In this document: one piece after another, positions 50,024 to 62,399 of the stretch
Layout: each line of letters starts with the position of its first letter
Numbering within the stretch: the stretch's first letter is position 1
Assembly: GCA_050575255.1 (NCBI GenBank)
Contig: JBNZDD010013686.1
Span: 1,379,114-1,443,113, forward strand
From: Harriotta raleighana
Lineage: Eukaryota
Reading direction: 5' to 3'
DNA: 64,000 nucleotides
The notes under the pieces: model-generated
The model's database searches: none
Told to the model about the DNA's origin: nothing
The model's input: only the letters and a program-made list of their open reading frames with translations
Translations under genes and position numbers: made by a program

Positions 50024-53000
50024 AGTTATTTTAGCCAAACTCAGCAATCACTCACTTCAAATTTGATAATTTTAAGATTGAAAATAACTTTTAGTGTTAA
50101 CCATTTTCAAATTGGCTGCAGCCCTTCACATCCATCATATTCTACATTCAGTCCCCAAGTTACCCCCATCAGTAAGTTAAACACAATTTTATACCATATT
50201 CTCATACAGAATATTTTCATTTATTATTTAATAAAACTAGTTTTGTCATTGGAAGAGAAATATTGCTTATTAAGATAGCACAATATCAATACTCTGGCCT
50301 TTACACTAAAACAACCTGCTGGCTCACAATATATATATTTTAAAATAACACAAATACCTCCACACATCTCTAAGAATATGCCATAATACAATGCATGTCT
50401 GGTGAGGAATTTACTCCATTGCATCAAGCTGAAATCAGAATGCAATAAAAATGGTCTTGCTCCACACAAAGGATTACTCCAGTAAATTAGGTCCTGGACC
50501 ACGGTTGTCAGACCAGCATTTGAAGCTAGTCTACATTAATAAGATGCCTTTTGTTGTGTTTAAGAACAGAAAATTTGTTAATCGTATCCAATTTTCTAAA
50601 TTTTGTTGCTTGATCGAGCAACTATGTTTCCCATCACAATCTTCAATTAGAGCTTCTCATGCACATTTACCTCGAAAGAGAAATGTCTCAACCATTAACA
50701 AGTGCCGGGTCAGCTTTCAAGATAGGGATATGGATATTGGCCAGATTCAGATTTATTGTCTATTATTAGTCACTACAGAAAAAAAAGATTTTTTCCAAAA
50801 AATAAATTAACCAGAATGAGGAAGACACTGGATTAACATAGTTCGGAACTATCTAAACGGAGGCTTTAGCTAACACGCAAACATGTTGCTATTCTAAATC
50901 CATTTGACTTGATGTTCTAAATTAATCCATTATGCTTTGGACTCACAAAACCAAAGTATCCACAGCTGAAATATTCAATCCATTACTTGAAGGGCTTCTT
51001 TTCTGCTGGTGTCAGAACCAAGATACTTGTCTCCAATGGTCATTAATCACTTCTACAGTGAGGTAGAGAATGATAAACAAATGCAAGATGAACGGGAGAT
51101 GAACGATTTCACAAGCCATATGCTGCACTCAATAATACTATCTCCCGGTGTGGTGATCCATGCCAATTTTTTTCCATTTCTAACCAAACAACTGACATAA
51201 TTAGGAGTCCAAAAATAGCAAACACACTTCAAATGTACAGTTTCTGTCTTATGCATGTGGGATCTACAGCGATACCATTTCACACAGTGACATGACATAC
51301 ACTTTGTCAGCAGAGACATGACTCTAAATTATTAAGCTATTTAAGTGCAATGTCTGAGGAGTACACATGGAAGGTTTAATTTCCACCGAGTTTCATGTCT
51401 GTTTGGCTAGTTAAGAGCATGGAATGATACAGCAAGGCTCAAGCCAGCCTAGAGAAACTGGATAGCTGTTAGATTGTGGTATGTTTCCATACATACCAAC
51501 ACCAAATCAAGGAGTATAAGAGGTCTGCTGAAAACCATTTTAGTCCATACTGGAAAGAGTCCAAAATAGTTACACTGCTCCTCTTGGAATCTAGATTGCA
51601 TTAAAAATAAAGCACAGATCAAACAAGCAAGTCTTCACAACTCCTTTTTTTAAAAAATCAAAAGATCTGCCTTGCTTTTGTCCAAGGACACTTCTCTCAG
51701 ACCGTGGCTTGCATTTTGTGATGCCTATCGCTCACATTCTGCTTTACATTCCAGCTGTGCAATCTTTGGAAAATACTGCACAATGCGAGCATACATTTGA
51801 GTATATATCTCTGCCTTTTGAAAAAGAAAAAAATTGTTCAACACTCCATTGTTAAGAATGAACATTTCTTAGTATAAAGTTTGCCAGTTTCAATCAGAAA
51901 ACTGCTCAAGAGCCAAATGATTTTCATAGTCACTGCTCCAAACCAACCTTACACTGACAAACAATTACTGTACCAGCTTTTATCTCAGTCAAGTAATTGA
52001 GCTCAACTAAAATTAACCTCAGGAGGGGAGAGGGTTATAATTTTCCAAATTAATAATTGTTTATCTTAACAAGAACACAACTTGAGTGCACGTTTTAGGT
52101 TACCCTCTCCAATAAATGCCTATGTAATGTATTTATAGCATAACTTGCTAACTATGTTGATAGTCCAGTATTAGTCACTGAATGTCGTATATCACATTGC
52201 ACTTTCACCTATATGCTTCAAGCTACCAAAGAGAGCGAAACTATGGACCACACAGAATATCTAATTAGTACAGTAGTAAATTAAGGCTAGTGATTAAGTT
52301 GGGGGGATTTGCAGCTCTTCAGAAGTTTTTCAAGCCTCATCATCTCTTCAGGACATCAGAAAAAGGATTTTCCAGCACTTAATTAGTTTATTGTTGCAGG
52401 AGGCCTCGTCACTACAAGCATAGAATGAGTTGCCACCTCCCAAATCTGTAAATCTATTACGTATATAAAAAAGCAATTCAAAATATGCATAACATCTCCA
52501 TAACTTTATGAGCTCAAACCCATGCTAGCCAGGTGTCTGATCAATGTGCGACTATCTTCTCATGGATAGCGGGGAAAGGGAAGGAGATCAACCTGGTTTC
52601 ACAGGGGCTCCACAGGCAAAGGCGGAGCAGATATGACAGAATTCTGCGTGTGGAATCAGGAATCCCTACATTGAAACCAAGCAGGTTCACAGTACCCCCA
52701 GGTCACTGCGGAGGATTGACCAAATACCCTGGCTCATCAGTTTTCCAATAACTAGCGCGAATGCAACTTTCCATGCCAAAAGGACAAGACTGGTGACAAA
52801 ACAATAAGGACATTAATAGACTTTGAAGAATGACACATTTGCAAGCTGTGTATGTGCGGTGCTGTGGAATCAACCCGGCAGTACAAATGCAAGATTTCAC
52901 AGCACCAAGTAGCCTTGCAATTAGAGAACCACTTTTTCTTGATGTGGTTCTTTAATATAAATATAGAAAAGAGTCAGACTATCAATTTAATGTCACCAAA

Positions 53001-53389
53001 TAAATGCCACTTTATGGGCTGTCGTGTGTTGTGGACCAGGGTTAATTAGAAAATGATGGAGAGATTGCATGAAGCGTTGAAGTTAAAGCCATTAACCCTG
53101 ACTTGGCTTAACTTCAATACAGCTGCTTCGAAACATCGGAGTTAGAGGTTGAAAAGGGCAAAATTTTATTCAACGCTGTGTTCCTCTTAAGGATAAGATC
53201 ACATTACTGTTCCATTTCACTTACTTCAGAATTCATTTACATGCTCCTCTTCTTACAATAAAATTGATGCCGAAAAACAGTGAAAATCCTAGTGTTAATC
53301 TTCTGTCGTGCAGGGCACAAGTAGCAAAAATATGATACATATTAGTAGCTATTCTCAGCTATGCTGCTGTAGGGGAAAAATCAAACAAT

Positions 53390-53800
53390 GCGCATGTGAT
53401 GTAGAGTCTTCACATCGGGAGGATAGATGTGAAGTGCAAAGTGCTTCACAGGATATATTGTAATGGTGTGGTGACTGTATTTTGTAGACAAATACAGCAG
53501 TCAATTTGAACAATACAATGTCCCACAAACAGCCATGAAGTGAATGCTCAATTTTATCTGGGGGACAAGAAAAATTCCCTTCTTGAATAGTGTCATGGGC
53601 TCTTTAATGTCTATCTCAATGGGCAGACAGGATCTTAGTTTGACATTTCATCTAACGAACAGCACCTCCAACAACACAGCACTCCCCAATTACTCGATTG
53701 AAGTGGCAGTCTAGACTGGATTCAAAGTCTTGAATTGAGACATGAACCCACATCCTTCTGACTCAAGAGGCAAAAGTGCTGCCACCTGAACCATGCTGAC
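53390..53800 (-). mobile_element. Deu-domain SINE (SacSINE1-like), near full length
   Basis: Minus strand GTGTCAGCATGGTTCAGGTGGCAGCACTTTTGCCTCTTGAGTCAGAAGGATGTGGGTTC head; AGACATTAAAGAGCCCATGACACTATTCAAG Deu-like segment; TGTTTGTGGGACATTG 3' segment; L2-like tail. Confidence 0.8.
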
Positions 53801-54899
53801 ACCCAAAGCAAAAACTGAACTGATAAGTCTGTACTAGAAATCTATTAGGATGCCAAATTTTCTTGAACCAAGTCCATCAAATCAGATATTGAGTTTACAC
53901 CTGAAAACAAATACAATCAGGCCTAATTGTTGGAACCAGAGATCCCAAAGGTCCTTTCAATCCCTTTCAGCTCTTTAGTAAAAAAAAACTCAAAAATGCA
54001 GAAATCTCACCAAGTGCACTTAAGCTCATTCAATTTCAATGAAGGTCAGCAGACACATTACCCAGAATTATACAGACACAATACCAATGAACAGACATGA
54101 CACCAACCCCATCAGATTTGCTTTCTCTTAAGGAGATTCAGGAAATTATCATCCATATACAATTGCAGAACAAGTTTTAAAATGTAATGGCAAGTATGAT
54201 TTTCTATGGGAATTCTTTTCCACCAAAAAACATTCTTCAGCAGCACATTTCTTGCCAAGCAGAAACGTACAAAGGATTGCCTGAATGCAGTTCAGGATCT
54301 TTACACTCCCTGCTAAACATTTCTTAACATCATGATACACTGCCCAGTGATTTTCCACAACACCAATCAAAATATAACAGGGTATAATTGCTAAAAACTA
54401 AACATTTTTCAAAACCCAGGTACTAAATTATACGAGGAAGGGAAGAATGAGCTAAACAATCTTCCCAGATGTCAATTTAGTGTAAAGTCATTTCCTCTTG
54501 AATGAATAACTTGTGTCTCACGGTAGTTTAACTTACTCAACAGGATTTTGTGCTCCATCAAAATTGCCCTTGAATCTGGAACTGAAAAAACATCAGCCAC
54601 TCAAATATTGTAGTGCAGGGTTGGAATTTCACCAGAAGTTAAAATTCCATGCACTCATTCTGGAAGAACAATAACTAGGACCTTCATTTACATAACATTT
54701 TGAAAATATCTCAAGTCTTATAAGAAGCTCACTTTAAGATGGGTCTGCATTTAAAAGTCTTCATCAAAAGGAAATGTAGGTGGGGAGAAAATGTCCAGTT
54801 ACAAAACAGAACTGTGTTTCATAAGGGACCAGCAATGAGTTTCTTCAAACCCCTCATTTTTCAGCAATATAAACGATTCCTCAACAAGCTTTCCTTGGT

Positions 54900-55558
54900 A
54901 CAAAACACAAAATACCGCAGATGCTGGGAATCTGAAAAAAAACACAGAAGTTGCTAGAGAAACTCAGCAAGTCAAGCAGCATCCATGGAGAAAGGAAAGT
55001 GAGTCAATGTTTCGTGTCCACGACCCTTCGTCAGAACTTGGAGGAGGTATCTGTGTCCTGGGTAGATTGAAAGCTGGAAGGGTGGAATTTAAGGCAGAAG
55101 CCACGTGGGATTAATTGCAGTCTGAGGCAGTTGCTGAGAAAAAGGATGTGGCTGTGGAAACAGGTTTTGGTGAACACACAATCAAACACAAGGAGGGAAG
55201 CAGTTAGTAGGTAGGGGGAGCAGGGTAGAAGAGAGGAACGAAAGTCATGTCGAAGAAAAGAGCAGAACTTCTTCAAGGTAGGCATTCCTAGAAGAGAGGT
55301 GGCAGCGATTCAAACATAAAAACACAAAATACTGCAGATGCTGGGAATCTGAAAAAAACACTGAAGTTGCTGGGGAAACTCAGCAAGTCAGGCAGCATCC
55401 ATGGGGAAAGAAAAGTGAGTCAACGTTTCGGGTCCATGACCCTTCATCAGAACTTTGTCTGACGAAGGGTCGTGGACCCAAAACGTTGACTCGCTTTCCT
55501 TTCTCCATGGATGCTGCCTGACTTGCTGAGTTTCCCCAGCAACTTCAGTGTTTTTTTT
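54900..55558 (-). mobile_element. Penelope-like element remnant: inverted pLTR + pLTR + ORF 5' end + pLTR
   Basis: Direct copies at 54900-55038 and 55318-55454, inverted copy at 55459-55558. Between them ORF 55285->55031 (MPTLKKF...HSHILFLSNCLRLQLIPRGF) carries an HxxFLxxCxxxxLIPxG motif that I associate with PLE N-termini. Exact 14-bp TSD AAGCTTTCCTTGGT at 54886-54899 and 55559-55572. Confidence 0.85.
55418..55454 (-). ncRNA. Minimal type-I hammerhead ribozyme motif with intact core
   Basis: Minus strand AGTT CTGATGA A GGGTC ATG GACCC GAAAC GTT GACT: stem I AGUU/GACU, CUGAUGA box, 5-bp stem II, GAAA box, palindromic ACGU in place of stem III, GUU cleavage triplet. Confidence 0.65.
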
Positions 55559-56399
55559 AAGCTTTCCTTGGTGACTGTCTTTTCAGTCAGCTCTGTGCTC
55601 TTGGGAAACCAATGGCACATTCAGGGAGGGAGGAAGGGAGTGTGGGAAGGATGGAGGGAAAGATGTATGCGTGTGTGTGGTGGAGGGGGAAGAGAAAGAG
55701 GGGGTTTGATGCTTTTTCTTTCTGTGCTCTGTACTTTTTGATAAGCAGTCTGGAAAGGCAGGTCTTTCTCAGACATGCTTCATTTTGTGGCCTCTAGCTG
55801 TGAGCCGTAGCTATAAGGCTCCGGTTATCAATTAACAAAAGCCAACCCTGCTGGGAGTAAAAGAGAGGGAAAACTAGAGGTTGGGAAACAGACACGGGGG
55901 AGGGAGGGCGGGGGGGGGGGATGGGGGAGAGGAGGTCGGAAGAACTGATTAAAGACAAAGGCTCCCCAAGGTAAGTGCTGAGCATGCTGTGAAAGGGCAA
56001 CACGCAAGAGCACCAGCAATCTATGAAAGCAAAATTCCAGGCCTTCCAACCACTGTCGTGCATCAAATACAAAATATTATCCACATGATTCAAAATGAAC
56101 CGTATCACTAGTTTTGTAGGACAATAAGAATCTGTGTAAACATACACACCTATGGCTGCATACACATTCGGCACAGGATTCAACAATGTTTCACATCTTA
56201 CCACAGAAAAAAACCGATGTGGTTTCAAATGGAAATTCTGTTTGAAAAATACGTCATTGCTTGACTCACCCCAAAACTGTCACTGGTTTGCTAAATTACT
56301 GCTCCCTCGATTGTTAAGCTGCTCAAGCTGTTGATTCTACATGAAGAAAGTAGTTTTTTTTATTGTTATCAGGGTACTGGAAAACCTATATTCTATTTC

Positions 56400-56995
56400 C
56401 CAATCTCACCCAGGTTTCACCCTTTACCCTCCTCTCTCAAAATTGGTTCCTAATGTTGAGGTACAGTTGTACAAGGGGCCTGTATGGGAATACAGATCCT
56501 ATATCAGGAATGAGAATCTGGAGGATCTTAGTTACAGGCACCCAATTTTAGAAAGATATGGTATATGGTTTTAAGAGAGTGTCCAGTGACATTTCCCAGA
56601 TTAAGATCTGTGTTGGAAGTGGTTTAGCTGTAATGAGAGTCTGGGTAAACTAAAGCTATAATACTTAGAGTGAAGGAGGTAAAAGAGAAATTTGATTGAA
56701 GTATTTAAAATAACGAACAAAATTGACAGGTTTTATAGTGGAAGATCCTTCCCTTGGGTAGAGGGATTCATTACAAAACGAATCAGAACTCAAGTTAGTA
56801 TTGAGGTCGGGAAGCATTTCTTTACATAAGGCAATGTCAAGGTGTGGATTGTTCTGCTGCACAAACCTGTAAAAGGTGGAATTAATAGGAATGTTTTAAA
56901 GAAGGATGATATTCGAGATATGATAAAAGAGCAGGACATTCGGATTAATAGATCGGGTTTGAATCGTTGAATGGCCTCCTACACCTCTCCTTTGG
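56400..56995 (+). mobile_element. Old CR1 LINE 3' fragment
   Basis: Decayed CR1 ORF2 motifs (AGAGTGTCCAGTGACATTTCCCAG, AGAGAAATTTGATTGAAGTATTTAAAATAA, AAGCATTTCTTTACATAAGG) ending in GTTGAATGGCCTCCT. Confidence 0.65.
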
Positions 56996-58221
56996 TTTTG
57001 TTAATGTTTCCTTTTAGGCAGAAACTTATTATCGATTTTTTTAATACTTTGCAAAATCATGTGGATCCTGTCAGTTTGATACAAACATGACTTAAATTTT
57101 TAATGTTTTTTTTAAAAGAAACTTAGACATCTCAGCAACTGGGAATGTAACAACCCTTTCCCGTTTTCAAACTCAATACTGTCTTTAGACACTTCACAGC
57201 CAAAAGAAGATGAACCATTTCCCTGAAGGCATTCAGTCAGACAAACAATCTTTGGCATCTTGTCTTTAAACAAGGGACAAACAAAATGTCATAGTTTGTG
57301 ATGAAAGTATTCAAAAGCATCAAGTTAATCATTTGTTTCTCCTCAGACGTCTGAAATGAGTTACAAAAATTTCCATTCTCACCATTTAATCTCGGAAGAA
57401 GCAATATTGCCATTTTCCCATGACAAACACTGAAGCTATTATCTCCCGGGAGAAAAATTAGCCTTGAGAATTATTCTTCTGCAATATTTGGTATTTCATT
57501 TTTAATTTGTGGTTGCAGAGTGCAAGAGTTCCAATTCTGATGACAAATGGTCAAAGGAATGCAATAGTCTCAAGGAGGGTTTCTGGTTAGCAACTGGCTG
57601 GTGCCAATTCCATAAAGCCAACACAGCAAGGACTTACCCACGTGAAAATATTCCACAGATCAGTCTGGGAGCTAGCTGCAATGTAAAGCTCATTTCCCAT
57701 GTAGTGTAAAACAGAAAGCCCCAACCCATGGCAAAGCAGGTGATTCTTCCATTTCAACCAAGCTGCAAATTGTGACAATTAGCATCTACCAAGATTTCAG
57801 CCACATTAATCTCATGCCATATTGTCGTCATCACTACATTTTCAAAACACTCACACAATGAAGATTTTAAGTTATGGATAAATCCAGTCTCACTCTTCCT
57901 CATCTTCATACATTACCACAATTGCAAGGGTCTCAGTTCTGAAGTGCAAGTTTAGGAAGTAAACCTGCATTCATAGCATTAACAGCGGTAAGGATAATCA
58001 AGTCCACAATACTTACTCAGTCAATACTTGATGTCACAATGGGACAAAAGGGAGATAGGGATAAAAGGATTGATTAAAAGGCCCAATCCCCTCATGAATA
58101 TTATTATTAATTTATTGTAGTATAATGCACAGGAAACATTTCAAACCGGTGCAAAACCAGAAATACTACTAAATAAAATAGTAAAAGTTGGGAGGTCATA
58201 ATAGAACATTACAGTACAAAA

Positions 58222-58285
58222 CAATGACAACAAATTACATTTATAGAGCACTTTTCGCATCGGGAGGACGTCCCAAGGTGCTGGA
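58222..58285 (-). mobile_element. L2 3'-tail fragment
   Basis: ACAACAAATTACATTTATAGAGCACTTTTCGCATCGGGAGGACGTCCCAAGGTGCTG. Confidence 0.82.
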
Positions 58286-61200
58286 AGGGAAGTTCATCCA
58301 GTTGTGCTGGTGTTTTTCTCCATATGAGCCACGTAGCCTAAGGTTGAAAAACGTGCACAGAAGTCTAAAGCAACCACAGAAATTCTATAATGGCTAATAT
58401 TGTTCCCTGAACCAACAACAGGAACCTTCATGAATCTTGTTCGAAATCGAAATTGATCTAAATAAGTTTTAACCCACTCTACATTGAAAGCATTTGTTGC
58501 ATACTCCCAGCTGTTTTGTAGCAAATTTCCCCAAATATAAACACTGCAGTTATTCCCTTGGTTCAGAAGCTCTCCTGACTCTGGGAAGCAGACTTGAGCT
58601 GACTGTAAGCCTAGTAGTTCACATGTGGCCAGTATAAACAATTTTTGTGCAATGTGTTGGGCTGGCAATTTAATAACAGCCATCCTTGAGAGGCCTCAAG
58701 GTATCAGTACAGTATGTAGAAACCCTGGGAGATGGGTTTAATGTGGTATAAACACCACTTTTCTATAAATGTAATTTACATACAGCACTAGATATATTAA
58801 CAGTGTACTGTATATTCCAGTACTGATGTGTTTGCGTTGTCTTCAGTCCCGGATTTACAATAGCTTTCGCTTATTTGAGGTTTCAGCAATCCAGGTGTCT
58901 CAATTCACTCAGATGCTTAGATTTGGTCATAACTTTACCATGTTCTCTATTAATGACATGATGCTCGAACCAAATTGCACAATTGTACTCAACACTACAT
59001 TTCAGAAAGGGAAGGCCAGTCAGTGGTTTGTAGCATTGTTACAAACAATGCAGCATTGTTGCGACAATACCTCACAAATATTATTCTGATTCATTTAGGC
59101 TGATTATGAATTAACAAGTCAATTCAAACAAACCTCCCTTTTAATTTAAGAAATCATGACTTCCTTTCTAATTTAGAAAAGTTCTGATGCCAATGTCTTG
59201 TGCTCTGTTCATCCACCATGTATATCATGGTCAGACAAACTCTTTCCAGTTTATGCAAAATTCCACCACAATCTTCCAGGTGGTGTGCAGAGCAGTCAGG
59301 TTCTGTCACCAAATGCATTTTACTACGTTATTCTGTACCTCCATAAACTCCAAACTATTTGGCTCTACTGAATTCAATGTAAGGATATCCGGGGCTGGAA
59401 ATGAACCGCTGAAGTCAGTCCGTTGCCGTCTTTCCCACTTGTGGAACCCATTTTGATTTCACTCATCTTTGCTTTCATCCAAATGTGATACACTCGATAT
59501 ATGGGTTGTAGTTATGGGGCTGCAGGCAAGAGGGTGTGCAGTTGAGGCCCCGCCAGTTGCAGTTTGTGGAGTGTTAATGGCTCCTAGCTCGTGCACTCTA
59601 ACCCTTTGTAGTGAAACAAATGGGAAGCCTTGCTCATGAGAGGGCAAACTACAGATACCCAAGCCTGCTTCAGGCAAGGACTCCTGATATGCATCAATGG
59701 AGATTCCAGGGAAAATGGTAAAATTCATATCAGCTGTAAGAAGCAGCAGTCCAGGACCCATGCAATGATGGAGGCAAATTTGCAGCCAACAATTAAATGT
59801 AATTAAAAGAGGTAGATTGCAAGAGTTCTTTCCCTTCAGAACCCAGTGATTTATTTAAGATTATATGTACTGTACAAGCTCTGTAGGAGGGGTGACCTTT
59901 TCAGTGAGGTCTGCACCTAGTTAGATTTTGTGACTAACAACAATCAAGTAATTAGTTCCATCCCTATGTGACATATATTCCCACCATTCCCCCCACCCAA
60001 GTTGCACCAACTTTTCAAAAATAATTTTTGTTTTCAAACGAATGCCCAACATTAATAAAGTTCTATGAAAAAGAGCTTTACCGTGGACCAAACAACAGGA
60101 TGTTGGCCTCCAAAAGCATCACCATGGATATAAACTACGTGGCGCTGGTTCTGAAACCACAATTTAGATTTGCAGCACAGCAGTATATAGAAATACCCAC
60201 ATCAGACATGCCTAACATGAACATCTGGAATAAAGAGTCATTAAAAAAAATCCAATGATCCCTTTTCTGGAATAGTTTAGCAGCATATAAAAATACATAC
60301 ATCTGTGCCAAACCACTGTCTGAAACAAAGTACTATGAGAAACACCAAAGAAAACAGAAATCCTTAAATTCGAGCCCTGATCCTTTCACATGCACATCGG
60401 TTTGATTGTACCGGGCTACATATTTTTCAGCAAAAACAGGGGGGAAAAAATGTTAAATGTTAACATTTCATAAAAGGGAAATAAGTTTTCTTGCTTTTAC
60501 AGTGTGCAGACTCCGCAAAGTTTTGACATTCCCTAAAGCAAGGCGGTTTGCCAGCATTTTATGATGAATGTGCATACCAGCCCATCTGCTGACTTGTGAT
60601 CCCTGAAGCTGTTAAAAGCCTCTGGCTGGCTGCAATATGACATGGCCTAGTGTTCAGGGACCCACAAGAGGAGCTCCAATCCATGAACCAGTCCTGGATG
60701 ATTCTCATCATTCTCCAACTCAATGTTAGTAAAACCGCGACGATCCTACTCAGCTCTTCAGCGTCTCCTTATCTGAAGCACTTCTTGTAACAACTTCCCA
60801 TGTTTCTAACCTCAAGGAGTCAATGCAAAACCTCAGCATTTTTGTTCAGTCCTCAACTCTCCTTTAAGCTTTCCATTCGGGCCCTGATGGACTCTGTCTT
60901 CCTCCATCCCTATAACATTACCTGTCTCTACCACGACCTTCCCTTCCCAAACAGCTGACACCCTCAACAGCCAACCCAGCTCCATTTTCTTCTAGTTTTC
61001 ACAACCTATCTAAGACCACTTCTCCTGGACTGTGTGTCTTCAACCAAAGAAATGGTTACTGAATTCCTCTCCTTAGCACCTTGTTTGTTGTTGTGTTTGA
61101 ACTGTCTTTAAAAAAATAACCAATTGTTATTGTACAGGATTTAAGAAATGTGTGAATTAAATTGGATTGAACATCTACTACCATGACCAGGAACAGTTAC

Positions 61201-61462
61201 TGATTGTAACAACAAGCCATTTGAGGTAGTACTTAACAGAGTCAAGAAGACCCGGAATGCGTCTTCAGTCATCTCTACAAAACGACAACAGGTTCCATTT
61301 CTATAGTACCCTTCTCATAGGGTAATGTCCCAGAGCACTTGAACATGCTCTAGACCAATGGGGGTTTTTGGTCATTTTCATTCTCACACAAATAACTGTC
61401 ATTTTCAGAATTCACCAAATCGAGCAATCCTTCCATATTCAAACCAACATGAGAGTGAGGCA

Positions 61463-61607
61463 AAACACAAAGTACTGCAGATGCTGGGAATCTGAAAAAT
61501 TTGAGTTCTGACGAAGATTCGTGGACCCGAAACGTTGACTCACTTTCCTTTCTCCATGAATGCTGCCTGACTTGCTGAGTTTCCCCAGCAACTTCTATTG
61601 TTTTTAT
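61463..61607 (+). mobile_element. Penelope-like element remnant (short inverted piece + pLTR with hammerhead motif)
   Basis: Same family as 54900-55558; exact 14-bp TSD ATGAGAGTGAGGCA at 61449-61462 and 61608-61621; TGAGTT CTGACGA AGATTC GTG GACCC GAAAC GTT GACTCA at 61502-61542. Confidence 0.85.
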
Positions 61608-62399
61608 ATGAGAGTGAGGCACCTTGGCTGTGGCAGGATTCAATCATACTGGAATGCGACCACAAACGTACCAGTTGTTTTTCAATTTACTTCATGACTG
61701 CTCCAGTCAAAACTCATAGTTGAAATAATTTTGAAGTTTTAAACAACATTCAATTTCACTTCTCGCAACTCTTTTCCCTCATTGCAATTGTTGTGACCAA
61801 ATGCGAGGCTACATTAGTTTCAAAACCAATACGAATGTAACTTGACAGTAACTTGTAACCAATTACACACAACAGCTTAATCTAGTCTGGCTCATTCTTA
61901 GATTCCAAGTAAACTGAGTTGCTGACAAAACTATTGCAGATGGTTTACAAATATCCTGCACTGTATCACACCCTTTAAAGAAATAAGTGACAGGACAGTG
62001 CTATAACTCCAGGAGGAGGCTATCCAACATAAATGCATAAGCAAACGCTATATAATTCACAACTACCATATTAGTAAATGTACAATTATTTGACAGCTTT
62101 GGGACAAGATGCGTTTCCTGCTAGTTAAAAACACCCAAAAGATTTAGTTAGTGAAAATTTAAAGCAACTGTCATTTACAGGAAACAGTCTCCAGACCAAA
62201 TTGCATTAAGTTAAGAGTTCAAATAGCATTGCCCAACCCTAGGGTGCTGTGAAAATACTGTTGATTCCTCTGTGTATGGTTTCAGGAAAAGAACTAAAGT
62301 TCTCATTTCCCAAGTCACAGTTCAATGGTAAGAAGGAAACGCAAGGTTTTCTTCCACCTCCCCTTTCCCCCCCAGTCAATTTTCTTCAGGCAAATTATC

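Noticed and set aside
55354-55558. Long hairpin as a miRNA gene
   Set aside because: Fully explained by inverted Penelope pLTRs; no evidence of small-RNA processing can be taken from the sequence alone.
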